NCBI GenBank assembly: GCA_050951805.1
Contig: JBMNJT010000001.1
Span: 15,814-79,813 of the forward strand
Reading direction: 5' to 3'
Length of the DNA: 64,000 nt
Source of the DNA: Bacillota bacterium
Lineage (GTDB): Bacteria > Bacillota > DTU025
Translations under genes and position numbers: made by a program
The notes under the pieces: generated by a model
Told to the model about the DNA's origin: nothing
The model's database searches: none
The model's input: only the letters and a program-made list of their open reading frames with translations
Shown here: positions 9,892 through 19,854 of the stretch, in pieces
Position numbering within the stretch: the first letter of the stretch is position 1
How the letters are laid out: each line of letters begins with the position of its first letter

Positions 9892-11199
9892 CTACTTCTT
9901 CTTCTGCCAATAATTGATAGTTTGCTGCTTGATTTGTCGTATGAATTCATTCGGCGTGATAGTTCCGAACAAGAGCTTGTCATCTAACCCATAGAACACG
10001 CTTGTGAACCACTCCGGAAGCTTAGCCTGTACGCCGTCATACTCCATGTGGAACTCTGTAGCATTTCTAAGATACGGTTCCACATCCGCCAGCACCGCAG
10101 GCAGCTTCACGTCCTTGCGAGCTGCAATATTCTGGGCCTTGTCCGCTATCATCTCCTGGTATTCCTTCTTGAGCGTGAACTTGATGAACTCCTTGGCCAA
10201 TTCCTCGTTCTTGGCGCCCTTGGGGATCGCAAAGCCTATCATGTACGCCTCGAAGTTTTGGAGTGTTCCCTTGCCGCCCTTGACTTCGGGGAATCCGAAA
10301 TATCCAGTGTCAAAGTCGGCCGCTCGTCCTTCGGCAGTCTCGTTAGGAATCCATGTGCCACAAACGATCATCGCCGACTCTCGACGAGCCCAGCCCATCT
10401 GTGCAGCAGGGTAGTTGCTTCCATCATAGCCTTTCTGGAAATACCCGTTTCGGGCTTTGCTTATGTCGTAGATCATCTCCGCTGCCTTCAAATACCCCGG
10501 ATGATCCCATGTTTTCCCGGTCCGATCAGCTGCGGCAGCATAAAAGGACCCGGGACCAAGTATCCTGTTGGTCAACCAATAGAACCAGTAGGCGTTGTAG
10601 AACGATATGTTCCCATCTTGCGCAAATGGAGCAATGCCTTTCGATTTCAGCTTTCCAGCCACATCCATGAGATCGTCCCATGTCTTCGGTTCCTGCAACC
10701 CATATTTCTTGAAGGTCGTCTTGTCATAAAAGAAACCTGATGTAATGAACTCATAGGGGACGAAATATGACTTGCCCGACACCTGGTACAAGTCGAACGT
10801 GGGAGCATAGAAGATGTCCCTGAACTTCTTCTGCCCTTCAGGTCCCCGCGAATCAAGTAGATCGTTGACTGGAACAGCTACTTCTTTGTCTGCCAAAAGC
10901 GCGCCCCACAGTTCACAAAAGGACTGGTCAATGAGATCTGGGGGGGTTCCCATTATAACCCTGCTTCTGGCTTTGGCCACTACCTGTCTGCCTGCCCATG
11001 TCACCTTTACGCTCACACCTGGATTTGCCTTCTCAAAGTCGGCTATCACCTTTGCCAAGACCTGCTGTTGGTCCTCGCCAGGATTCCACATGGAGTAATA
11101 CTCGAGTTGCTGTTTCGCCGCGTTGACTCCCATGCAAGTAGCCAGCAGTAGGACTACAGCGGATATCACTGCAAATAGCCGTGACCGCATTGATGTCAC
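9892..11199 (-). CDS. Sugar ABC transporter solute-binding protein
   Basis: Signal peptide ending VNA-A; motifs FEKANPGVSV and EPKTWDDL. Confidence 0.92.
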   Translation of the reverse strand: MTSMRSRLFAVISAVVLLLATCMGVNAAKQQLEYYSMWNPGEDQQQVLAKVIADFEKANPGVSVKVTWAGRQVVAKARSRVIMGTPPDLIDQSFCELWGALLADKEVAVPVNDLLDSRGPEGQKKFRDIFYAPTFDLYQVSGKSYFVPYEFITSGFFYDKTTFKKYGLQEPKTWDDLMDVAGKLKSKGIAPFAQDGNISFYNAYWFYWLTNRILGPGSFYAAAADRTGKTWDHPGYLKAAEMIYDISKARNGYFQKGYDGSNYPAAQMGWARRESAMIVCGTWIPNETAEGRAADFDTGYFGFPEVKGGKGTLQNFEAYMIGFAIPKGAKNEELAKEFIKFTLKKEYQEMIADKAQNIAARKDVKLPAVLADVEPYLRNATEFHMEYDGVQAKLPEWFTSVFYGLDDKLLFGTITPNEFIRQIKQQTINYWQKKK

Positions 11200-11369
11200 T
11201 CCTCTCGCTTGCTAAGTCGCTCCTATGACGGCGTTCTCGCTTCCCTTAGGGACATGAAATTGTTAACTTCAGGTGCGAATTCGAGTAAGAGCGCCACCCC
11301 CCGTATTTCTTATTTGCCTGTAGTTCGAATCGACGACTCTCACGCGCCTCACTGCCGAACATGTAGCAC

Positions 11370-12596
11370 CTACCCCCCAAATGGGTAAATGGTGACCCCT
11401 TTCACTACACGGCTGATAACCCCGCGCGCCGATGGAGCATCGGGCTTGAATCCTAGGTCCAAAGCTTTGTATACTCCCAATAGCTGACCCGCGATCACAT
11501 CGATCGGCGGCCGAAGATCCTCATCGATCTCCCCTTGCGCTTTCTGACCGTAACTTACCGAACAATTCACCAAATCGGATATGCGCTTTGGAAGGTTAGG
11601 AGCAACGGCCATCGTTTTCATGGCCACATTCTCTCGACAGAATTGCTCTATGAGGTCGGCTTCGTATTCAAGCTTGTAGGAATCAGTCGAAACATAGAAG
11701 ACAACCAGAGTCTTGTTGTTGACTACAGCCTTAGGTCCATGCCTGACACCGAGGAATGTCTGACTCATTGTCATGACAGTCCCATCTGTAAGCTCTTGCA
11801 CTTTGAGAGCGCTTTCCGCCGCTGCTCCATATAATGCCCCGTCTCCTAGGAACACGGCACGTTCAAACGGTGTCTCCGCGAGTTCACGAAATACACTATC
11901 TTCTTGAATCAGATCCTCGGCCGCAGTATGCATCAGCTCTGCCTGCTTTCGATATTCAGCAGGCGCATCCAGGAAAGACAGTGCCTGACCTGCTACAACC
12001 ATGTTGGTAAAGGACGACGTCATTGCAAGGCTCTTATCGTTGCAACTAGGGTCGAGCAGAATGAGGGAAACTTCCGACGGGCGTTCCGCAGCAAGCCGCG
12101 CCAGGCCTCCTTCGGGGTTGCACGTCACGGCAAGAAATCGGACGTCCTTGCAATAGGATCGGGCAATCTCATACGTCGCCAAGCTTTCAGGACTATCTCC
12201 TGACCTTGCAAAGAGCACGACAAGACAAGGCTCGTCTTTGATGAGATGCCCTTCAGGATCAATCACAATATCGGTGGTGTCGAACACGCTTGCGTGCACG
12301 TTCAACCTTCTCCTGAAAAGCGGCGCAAGGCACCTCCCCACATGCCCCGAACTCCCAGCGCCTGAGAGAATCAAAGTCCGCCGATGGCATGGATCGAACG
12401 GATCATGTAGCCCCGGCCTCCCAGGCCGAGCCGGCACAAACAGGCCACTAAGCTCAGTCTGCTTGTTGAAGACCGTTTCCCCGCTCTCTCGCCACAAACT
12501 CGCTTGGCTCCTTATCTCAGAAGGAGTAAATATGATGCCCAAGCGCTCCTTTTCGGCGCCATCGAGACCGATCAATCTGTCAAGTTCGCACGTCAT
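11370..12596 (-). CDS. agaS: AgaS-like SIS protein (galactosamine-6-phosphate deaminase / tagatose-6-phosphate isomerase-like)
   Basis: Motifs LSGAGSS, FARSGDSPES, AMTSSFTNM, ESALKVQELTDG, LGVRHGPK and GVISRVVKGVTIYP. Confidence 0.8.
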   Translation of the reverse strand: MTCELDRLIGLDGAEKERLGIIFTPSEIRSQASLWRESGETVFNKQTELSGLFVPARPGRPGLHDPFDPCHRRTLILSGAGSSGHVGRCLAPLFRRRLNVHASVFDTTDIVIDPEGHLIKDEPCLVVLFARSGDSPESLATYEIARSYCKDVRFLAVTCNPEGGLARLAAERPSEVSLILLDPSCNDKSLAMTSSFTNMVVAGQALSFLDAPAEYRKQAELMHTAAEDLIQEDSVFRELAETPFERAVFLGDGALYGAAAESALKVQELTDGTVMTMSQTFLGVRHGPKAVVNNKTLVVFYVSTDSYKLEYEADLIEQFCRENVAMKTMAVAPNLPKRISDLVNCSVSYGQKAQGEIDEDLRPPIDVIAGQLLGVYKALDLGFKPDAPSARGVISRVVKGVTIYPFGG

Positions 12597-12715
12597 GGAT
12601 GCATCCTCTCCCCCAAACTGATCTAGCCGTCAGTTCGGCTACGCCGTACAGGGTGGGCGCGCTCAGCAAACCGCTCCACACGCTGCGATCCGAAGCTTGG
12701 AAGCACATGAAGACC

Positions 12716-13639
12716 CTAGCTAAGGTCTGCGTATTCCTGTCCAAACTGAGCGGCAGCTCCAATAATGCCTGCGTCGTCGCCAAACGTTGCCCTCTTGATC
12801 TCCAATTCTTCCGCAAATGGTGACCTGTAGATCTTTCTGATGCGCATTCTCAAAGGATCGACTATCACATCTTCCACCTGAGAAAGCCCTCCCCCGATCA
12901 CCACTACATCCGGATCCAGCACATTTATGACATTCACGAAACCCAAAGCAAGATAGTTCACGACCCTGTCCATTACATCCACTGCCCGGGGCTCTCCATT
13001 CCGGGCGGCCTCAACAACCTCCTCAGACCGCATCCCCGCCGCTCGCGCTATGGCAGGACCGGCAGCAAGACGTTCGAGGCATCCCGCCATGCCGCAGACG
13101 CATCTAGGGCCATCAGGATCTATACATGTATGCCCCATCTCAGAGGCGCTGTTGTGCGCGCCGCGCAGAAGCTTGCCGTTGGCTATATAGCAGGAAGCTA
13201 TGCCGGTTCCAAGGGTGACATAAAGAAAGTAGTCGCTCTTGCCATGACCTCCGTATATGTACTCTCCCGCAGCGGCCACCGCAACATCATGATCCACCAT
13301 CACCGGCAGACCCAGGCGAAGCTCCAACATTCTCTTCACGTTGACTGTTTCCCTAGCCCAGCTTGCATTTACTGCCTGAATAACCTCGCCGGACTCATGG
13401 TCCACACGACCGGGAATCCCTACGCCAACACCCTCCACCTCATTCATATCGAGCCCTGCGGCGTCGACCACGGTTCTCACATACTCGGCAACGATGTCCA
13501 TGACCTCATCGGGACCCATATCGCTGCTCCATGCACGCTCTTTCTCGTATGCCAACACCTCGTACCCACGCACCGCTCCCACGCGGAGATGAGTGCCCCC
13601 AATGTCTACCCCCACCGCCATCCGTCCGCTATCCGCCAA
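12716..13639 (-). CDS. ROK family sugar kinase
   Basis: GVDIGGT, LGTGI, zinc motif EMGH...CVCGMAGCLE and DAGIIGAA; no HTH. Confidence 0.92.
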   Translation of the reverse strand: MADSGRMAVGVDIGGTHLRVGAVRGYEVLAYEKERAWSSDMGPDEVMDIVAEYVRTVVDAAGLDMNEVEGVGVGIPGRVDHESGEVIQAVNASWARETVNVKRMLELRLGLPVMVDHDVAVAAAGEYIYGGHGKSDYFLYVTLGTGIASCYIANGKLLRGAHNSASEMGHTCIDPDGPRCVCGMAGCLERLAAGPAIARAAGMRSEEVVEAARNGEPRAVDVMDRVVNYLALGFVNVINVLDPDVVVIGGGLSQVEDVIVDPLRMRIRKIYRSPFAEELEIKRATFGDDAGIIGAAAQFGQEYADLS

Positions 13640-13700
13640 CTCAAATCACTCCCACACCTGAGCTGTAACCAGTGGGACCAATTCAGAACATGTCCCAGAA

Positions 13701-14909
13701 CTACTCTGACTCGGCAAGGTCCCTTAATATCTCCTTCCATAGCAGGGCGCTTGCTCCAACTAGGCCCGCGTCACGTCCGAATTTGGAAGCTGTAATAGTC
13801 ACCGCGCTCCCCACCTCAATCAAGACCCGACTCATCGCGGAGCTCCTTGCCGCTTCTATGAACTCGGTGTCCGAGGGACGAATTTGCCCTCCCAAGATTA
13901 TGAGTTCAGGGTTGAAGACGTTTATCAGGTTAGCAATCCCAACACCCAAATACTCGCCAGCGCGATGCACTATCCTCCGGGCATTGGCATCGCCAGCTTC
14001 AGCAGCATCCAACACGTTGAATGGATCGACGTACCGCTCTTCAGGGTCGCCGCTGTGCCCCTCCGCGTCTCTGTCGGATTTTGCAGCCATAGAAGATATC
14101 GCCCTTAGGCTGGCCATCTGTTCCATACAACCCCAGCTTCCACACTTGCACGCTGGCCCGTCATAGTCAATGCTTACATGCCCAAACTCGCCAGCCATTC
14201 CAGTCGAACCTGTGTAAACCCGTCCATCCAGCAGCATGCCGATGGCAATCCCCGGCCCCACCCAAAGATAAATTGCGTTCTGCATGTTTTTGGCCGCGCC
14301 GTACCATTCCTCGGCAAGGAGGGCAACATGGGTGTCTTTACCGATGAACACCGGATATTCGAAATGCTTCTGAATGGCTGCCTTGATAGGCACATTGAAC
14401 CAGTTCAAAGCGACTGATTTGAGCACCGTGCCAGTGGCAGCATCAACCAGACCAGGAGTGGTAACGCCGATTCCAACCACCTGGCCTGAGCGCGCTTCCG
14501 GGGTATCCAGTATCTCATTTATGGCGTCAACTATGTCGGCAACAGTGACTCCTTTCGCAGACCCGATGCGCCGCTCTCCACGGCAAAGCACGTTGCCGTC
14601 CATGTCCAAGAGCGCCGCGATCTGATCTGCCCCGGCGAGGTCCACTGCGACCATGATTCTTGATCCCTTATCAAGCTCCACCAGCTTTGGTTTGCGTCCT
14701 CCCCCGGATCTCCCATAACCAACCTCACGCACGAAACCCTGCTCGATAAAGTTGCTGACGATGTTGGTGACCGCGGCAGAAGTAAGCCCTGTGAGTCTTG
14801 CTATCTCTCGCCTCGTGATGGGCTGGTTCGTCCGTATGACGTCCAGCACAAGCTGTCTGTTGTGGATACCCACCTGAACCGAGTTTCTGCCCGACTGTTC
14901 TTGCCTCAC
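13701..14909 (-). CDS. ROK family transcriptional repressor (XylR/NagC-like)
   Basis: N-terminal HTH (ITRREIARLTGLTSAAVTNIV...GGRKP) plus ROK domain (GEFGH...CKCGSWGCME). Confidence 0.93.
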   Translation of the reverse strand: MRQEQSGRNSVQVGIHNRQLVLDVIRTNQPITRREIARLTGLTSAAVTNIVSNFIEQGFVREVGYGRSGGGRKPKLVELDKGSRIMVAVDLAGADQIAALLDMDGNVLCRGERRIGSAKGVTVADIVDAINEILDTPEARSGQVVGIGVTTPGLVDAATGTVLKSVALNWFNVPIKAAIQKHFEYPVFIGKDTHVALLAEEWYGAAKNMQNAIYLWVGPGIAIGMLLDGRVYTGSTGMAGEFGHVSIDYDGPACKCGSWGCMEQMASLRAISSMAAKSDRDAEGHSGDPEERYVDPFNVLDAAEAGDANARRIVHRAGEYLGVGIANLINVFNPELIILGGQIRPSDTEFIEAARSSAMSRVLIEVGSAVTITASKFGRDAGLVGASALLWKEILRDLAESE

Positions 14910-14939
14910 ATTCCCACAATCCTTTTACTAAGACTTTGG

Positions 14940-14956
14940 CTTTCAGTTTGATAAAG
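14940..14956. promoter_or_regulatory. Candidate ROK operator
   Basis: CTTT-N9-AAAG has the TT-N9-AA geometry of NagC/Mlc operators and lies directly downstream of the putative promoter. Confidence 0.35.
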
Positions 14957-14957
14957 T

Positions 14958-14985
14958 AGTTCTTCATCTGCTTGGAAACTCCTCC
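14958..14985 (-). promoter_or_regulatory. SigH-like promoter of the ROK operon
   Basis: GGAGGAGTT-N11-GAAGAACT, same spacing as the other instances. Confidence 0.4.
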
Positions 14986-15300
14986 TCCTTTCTCCAGAAA
15001 GTTTTGTGCCGCGCCCATTTGTGTGTTTGGCTCGAGGTAAACAGATGCAATTCACTCGGCAGCCTTGTATGTCGGGGCAGACATACCCATGATGACGAGA
15101 ACATTTCGCAGGAGCGTACCCGCGTATGAGTCCAGTTGGATACTTAGTAAGCCATCTAAAAGGCTTCCACAGCCAGCCGAGCCTCGGACCACAGACGTCG
15201 TACATCAACCTTTAAGTGTTATCTAAGGATTGTCATATGTGCTATGCCCAAAATCAGTAGTGACAATATCACAGACGCGTAACAACGTCCGAAATTGGCA

Positions 15301-15328
15301 TTGCACTTTTGCAGGAATCGTATATAAT
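15301..15328 (+). promoter_or_regulatory. Sigma-70/SigA promoter of the pot operon
   Basis: TTGCAC-N16-TATAAT about 100 nt upstream of the XRE gene. Confidence 0.65.
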
Positions 15329-15343
15329 ATCTTAGCGTCGGCA

Positions 15344-15390
15344 GTAAACTTGGAGTTTACCTGTGTTGAACTTTTCAACTTGAAGTTTAC
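15344..15390. promoter_or_regulatory. Tandem operator palindromes for the XRE regulator
   Basis: GTAAACT-TGG-AGTTTAC (15344-15360, perfect) and TTCAACT-TGA-AGTTTAC (15374-15390), 30 bp apart and downstream of the -10. Confidence 0.6.
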
Positions 15391-15426
15391 CCGGCCTAAA
15401 CCCAACAGATAAGCGAGGAGCGACGG

Positions 15427-15969
15427 ATGAAGATAGGGCCAAGAATCAAAAACCTTCGGCTGAAAAAAGGGCTAACCCAGGAAGAGCTGGGCGAACGCAC
15501 TGATTTAACCAAAGGCTACATATCCCAAATCGAACGCGACCTGAGCTCGCCGTCGCTAGAAACCTTCTTCGACATTCTTGAAGTGCTCGGCTGCACGCCC
15601 AAGGAATTCTTCAGCGACGAAGAACGTGAGCAAAAAGTCGTGTACACAGATGAGGACCTGACCGAATTCGTCGACGATGAACGGGGTTACCGCATCCAGT
15701 GGCTCGTCCCTGAATCAAATGAAAACGAGATGGAGCCGATTATGCTCACCCTCGAAAAAGGCGGAAGCTTCAAACAGTTCGAGCCTTCCCTTGCCGACAC
15801 TTTTGCCTACGTGCTGAGCGGAAGGATCAAAGTTTCGCTCGGAAAACGAACTTACTATGCTAAGGCAGGCCAAACCGTCTACTACCAAGCATCTGAAGAG
15901 CACCAGATTTCCAACGACAATGACGGACCATCAGAATTGCTTCTGGTGGCAACTGATTCCTATTTATGA
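15427..15969 (+). CDS. XRE family HTH + cupin regulator (PuuR/PotR-like)
   Basis: IKNLRLKKGLTQEELGERTDLTKGYISQIER plus a C-terminal cupin; first gene of the pot operon. Confidence 0.92.
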   Translation: MKIGPRIKNLRLKKGLTQEELGERTDLTKGYISQIERDLSSPSLETFFDILEVLGCTPKEFFSDEEREQKVVYTDEDLTEFVDDERGYRIQWLVPESNENEMEPIMLTLEKGGSFKQFEPSLADTFAYVLSGRIKVSLGKRTYYAKAGQTVYYQASEEHQISNDNDGPSELLLVATDSYL

Positions 15970-16019
15970 TGTAAAGTCGTGCATGATATCCTACTTCCAT
16001 CCGCGGGGAGGGGACAAGA

Positions 16020-17126
16020 ATGGCCAAAAACACAATCATCCGTTTCAAGAACGTCACCAAACAATACGACGATGACCCCCCGGTGTTGACAGATGTCAGC
16101 TTTGAACTGGAGCGGGGCAAATTCTACACATTGCTCGGCCCTTCCGGCTGCGGAAAAACGACGATCATCCGCTTAATCGCAGGCTTCGTTGAGCCCACAG
16201 TCGGCGAGATCTACTTTGACGGCCAGGAGATAAGCAAGATTCCGCCTGACAAGCGCCGGGTAAACACCATATTCCAGGACTATGCATTGTTTCCTCATTT
16301 GAACGTGTTCGAGAACGTCGCCTTCGGACTGCGCGTCAAGAGGATGAAAGAAGACGTGATTAGGGAGAAGGTCCGGGAAGCGCTACGTTTCGTCAATCTG
16401 GAAGGCTTGGAGAACCGGGACATTGCGGGTATGTCCGGCGGCCAGCAGCAACGCGTGGCCATCGCGCGAGCCATAGTCAACGAACCGGAAGTGCTGCTTC
16501 TGGACGAACCGCTTTCAGCCCTTGATCTGAAGCTCCGCACGGAAATGCAGTACGAGCTGAGAGAGCTTCAGCGCAGTCTGGGCATTACATTCGTCTTTGT
16601 CACACATGACCAGGAAGAAGCCCTTGCACTTTCCGATGAGGTTTTTGTCTTGAACAACGGTCGGATTGAGCAGCGCGGAACGCCCATGGACATCTATGAT
16701 GAGCCGGTCAACAGGTTTGTGGCTGATTTCATAGGCGAATCCAACATTATTTCAGCCACGATGATCAAAGACTACCTTGTCGAATTTGTCGGCAATCAGT
16801 TCGAATGCGTGGACAAGGGATTTCATCCTAACGAACCGGCCGAAGTCGTGATTCGTCCCGAGGACCTGGAGATCACGCCGAAGGATCAAGGGAAGCTTCA
16901 GGTTTACGTGGATTCCCAGCTCTTCCGCGGCGTGCACTACGAGATTTGCTGCTACGACAAGGAAGGCAATGAATGGCTTGTCCATTCCACCAAAAAAGTA
17001 GCGGTAGGCGATGAGATCGGACTCAATTTCGGCCCCGAAGACATACACGTGATGAGGTTGGGCGAGACGGAAGACGAATTCGACAGACGTTTGGAGTCGT
17101 ATGAAGAGGTGCGCCATGCAGGCTAA
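16020..17126 (+). CDS. potA: Spermidine/putrescine ABC transporter ATP-binding protein
   Basis: [34 protein letters not shown] and a TOBE domain. Confidence 0.95.
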   Translation: MAKNTIIRFKNVTKQYDDDPPVLTDVSFELERGKFYTLLGPSGCGKTTIIRLIAGFVEPTVGEIYFDGQEISKIPPDKRRVNTIFQDYALFPHLNVFENVAFGLRVKRMKEDVIREKVREALRFVNLEGLENRDIAGMSGGQQQRVAIARAIVNEPEVLLLDEPLSALDLKLRTEMQYELRELQRSLGITFVFVTHDQEEALALSDEVFVLNNGRIEQRGTPMDIYDEPVNRFVADFIGESNIISATMIKDYLVEFVGNQFECVDKGFHPNEPAEVVIRPEDLEITPKDQGKLQVYVDSQLFRGVHYEICCYDKEGNEWLVHSTKKVAVGDEIGLNFGPEDIHVMRLGETEDEFDRRLESYEEVRHAG

Positions 17127-17916
17127 AACGCGCAACATCTACCTTATCCCCTATATGCTATGGATCATCATGTTCGTCATTGCGCCGATCGTGCTAATTG
17201 TCTACTACTCCATGTACGACATTGACGGAGTATGGACTCTCGCAAACTACAAGAGATTCTTTACCCCGGTGTACTTGCGAATGACGCTGAGGTCGTTTTG
17301 GTACGCGATCTTGATCACGGGAGTCTCGCTGATTGTTGCATATCCGACGGCATACTTGCTGACCAAGACAGCACACAAGGAATTGTGGCTTCTTCTCATC
17401 ATATTACCGTCATGGATAAACTTGCTTCTCAAGGTGTATGCCTTCATAGGCATCTTGGGGCTCTACGGTCCCATCAACTCCTTTCTCGAGCTTGTGGGCA
17501 TTGGGGCAAAACAGATTCTATTCACAGATTTCAGCTTCATCTTTGTAGCTGTTTACATCTTCATCCCATACATGATACTGCCCATATTCAACGCCCTTGA
17601 GGAACTCAACCCGTCCTTGGTTGCAGCAGCCCGCGACCTCGGAGCATCTCCTTGGGCAACATTCCGTCGGGTAGTATTCCCCTTGACGATGGGCGGGGTG
17701 AAGTCGGGCTGTCGAGCGGTTTTCATCCCGGCCTTGTCGTTGTTCATGATAACGCGCCTGATTGCCGGAAACAGGGTAATCACTCTGGGGACCGCCATTG
17801 AACAACATTTCCTTGTTACGCAGGACTGGGGCATGGGTTCGACCCTTGCCGTCTTTCTGATCATTGTGATGGGACTAACGATGCTTGTTACAGAAAGTGG
17901 AAATCGGGTGAAGTAG
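17116..17916 (+). CDS. potB: Spermidine/putrescine ABC transporter permease
   Basis: [10 protein letters not shown] and AARDLGAS; start at MQAKT (17116) behind GAGGTG, overlapping the potA stop. Confidence 0.93.
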   Translation: MQAKTRNIYLIPYMLWIIMFVIAPIVLIVYYSMYDIDGVWTLANYKRFFTPVYLRMTLRSFWYAILITGVSLIVAYPTAYLLTKTAHKELWLLLIILPSWINLLLKVYAFIGILGLYGPINSFLELVGIGAKQILFTDFSFIFVAVYIFIPYMILPIFNALEELNPSLVAAARDLGASPWATFRRVVFPLTMGGVKSGCRAVFIPALSLFMITRLIAGNRVITLGTAIEQHFLVTQDWGMGSTLAVFLIIVMGLTMLVTESGNRVK

Positions 17917-17917
17917 C

Positions 17918-18721
17918 ATGAAGAAAACAGGAAAGCTGTCCGTCATCTATCTGGTTTTGGTATTCATCATATTGTACACCCCTATCTTCTACCTGATTTA
18001 CTACTCATTTAACAGTGGAGGTTCCATGCACCATTTTCAGGAGTTCACGCTTGACTGGTATGAAGAGGTGTTCCACGATACACGCCTCTTCATCATCCTT
18101 CTGAATACACTGGTAGTCGCGCTTCTCTCTTCAGCGATATCGACGATTATAGGGGTAGCGGGGGCACTTGCCATCACGCGGGTGAGGAGTAAACGGACCC
18201 GCAATGCGCTGCTCACTTTGAACAATGTGATGATAGTCAGCCCGGATGTGATCATCGGAGCGTCTTTCCTGATTCTCCTGACAGCGATCGGTGTCAATCT
18301 AGGATTCTTCTCCGTTTTGATCTCTCATATTGCCTTCAGCGTGCCCATCGTCGTCCTGATGGTGCTGCCAAAGCTAGAGGAGATGAGTCCGACATTGGTG
18401 GACGCCGCCCGGGATCTAGGAGCGAGCAGCCGGGATGTGCTAACGAAAGTGGTGATCCCCTATATTTCGCCTGGCATATTCGCAGGTTTTTTCATGGCCT
18501 TAACGTACTCCCTCGACGATTTCGCGGTCACCTTTTTCGTGACGGGAGGCGGCTTTTCAACGCTGTCGGTGGAGATATACTCGCTGGCAAGGCGGGGAAT
18601 CTCGTTGACCATTAATGCGCTCTCTACGCTGATTTTCCTGGCTACCTTAGCATTGGTCATCGGTTACTACATCATAACCAAGCGGGGATCCAAGCCCAGC
18701 GGAGCGGAGGCACGGGAATGA
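17918..18721 (+). CDS. potC: Spermidine/putrescine ABC transporter permease
   Basis: [20 protein letters not shown] and YSLDDFAVTFF. Confidence 0.93.
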   Translation: MKKTGKLSVIYLVLVFIILYTPIFYLIYYSFNSGGSMHHFQEFTLDWYEEVFHDTRLFIILLNTLVVALLSSAISTIIGVAGALAITRVRSKRTRNALLTLNNVMIVSPDVIIGASFLILLTAIGVNLGFFSVLISHIAFSVPIVVLMVLPKLEEMSPTLVDAARDLGASSRDVLTKVVIPYISPGIFAGFFMALTYSLDDFAVTFFVTGGGFSTLSVEIYSLARRGISLTINALSTLIFLATLALVIGYYIITKRGSKPSGAEARE

Positions 18722-19791
18722 AAAAGGTTACTCAGATGTTCACCATAGTCTTTGCCGCAGCATTCGCGCTGATGTACCTAACTTCATACCTTAATGCCTT
18801 GCACGGCTATTCGGGCCCAGATACGCTCACCATCTATAATTGGGGAGATTATATTGACCCTTATTTGATCAAGGAATTTGAACGTGAGACAGGCCTCAAG
18901 GTCATCTATCAGACCTTCGATTCCAATGAGGCGATGTTGACAAAGATTGCCCACGGCGGTGTCACGTTCGATGTAGTGATTCCGTCTGACTATGCCATAA
19001 GCAAGATGAAGGAACAGGGATTGCTCATTCCCCTGGATCATTCTAAGCTTCCAAACTTAAAGCACATCGATGCTCGTTTCCTGGATTTGCCCTTCGACGA
19101 GAAGAACGTGTATTCCATCCCCTATTTCTGGGGAACGTACGGGATCATCTATAACCCCGAGATAATCACGGACATAGACTTTGACAGCTGGGATGATCTG
19201 TGGGATCCACGCCTCCAGAATCAGATCTTGCTTGTAGACAGTGCCCGCGAAGTGATCGGGATGGGCCTGAACAGTCTCTGCTATTCATTGAACGATACTG
19301 ATATGGACCATCTGCAGCAGGCGAAGGAAAAACTTGACATGCTCATACCCAATATTCGAGCAATTGTTGGGGATGAGATTAAGATGCTTCTCGAAACTGA
19401 AGAGGCCGCAGTTGCTGTTGTCTGGTCGGGAGACGCCTCGGAGATCATCGGCGAGAACGACAAGTTCGACTACGTCATCCCAAAGGAAGGGTCAAACGTA
19501 TGGTTTGACAACATGGTGATTCCGACCACGGCGAAGAACGTCGAGGGGGCGCACCAATTCATCAACTTCATGCTAGATCCTGAAAATGCTGCCCAGAACG
19601 CGGAATACGTCGGCTACTCGACACCAAACGCCGAAGCCTTGAGGTATCTCCCAGAAGAGATCACCTCCGATGAGCGTTTCTACCCGGGCTCTGAAATAAC
19701 GGATAAGCTTGAGGTGTACGAGAATCTCAGTAAGAGGATGACTGCCTACTATAACGAGCTCTTCCTTGAGTTCAAGATGCATCGGAAGTAG
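18718..19791 (+). CDS. potD: Spermidine/putrescine-binding protein
   Basis: YNWGDYIDP, FDSNEAM, PSDY, PYFWGT, WSGDA and EGSNVWFDNMVIP. Confidence 0.95.
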   Translation: MKKVTQMFTIVFAAAFALMYLTSYLNALHGYSGPDTLTIYNWGDYIDPYLIKEFERETGLKVIYQTFDSNEAMLTKIAHGGVTFDVVIPSDYAISKMKEQGLLIPLDHSKLPNLKHIDARFLDLPFDEKNVYSIPYFWGTYGIIYNPEIITDIDFDSWDDLWDPRLQNQILLVDSAREVIGMGLNSLCYSLNDTDMDHLQQAKEKLDMLIPNIRAIVGDEIKMLLETEEAAVAVVWSGDASEIIGENDKFDYVIPKEGSNVWFDNMVIPTTAKNVEGAHQFINFMLDPENAAQNAEYVGYSTPNAEALRYLPEEITSDERFYPGSEITDKLEVYENLSKRMTAYYNELFLEFKMHRK

Positions 19792-19806
19792 CAAATCACG
19801 TCTCGT

Positions 19807-19837
19807 ATCGGGCCCGCAACGCGCGTTGCGGGCCGAT
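19807..19837. terminator. Hairpin between convergent potD and barrel gene 1 (possible bidirectional terminator)
   Basis: GGCCCGCAAC-GCGC-GTTGCGGGCC inverted repeat; U-tracts are weak. Confidence 0.55.
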
Positions 19838-19854
19838 GTAATGCTTCTTTCTGC

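Noticed and set aside
14990-15300. Small ORFs in the divergent ROK/pot intergenic region
   Set aside because: No protein-like features; treated as non-coding.
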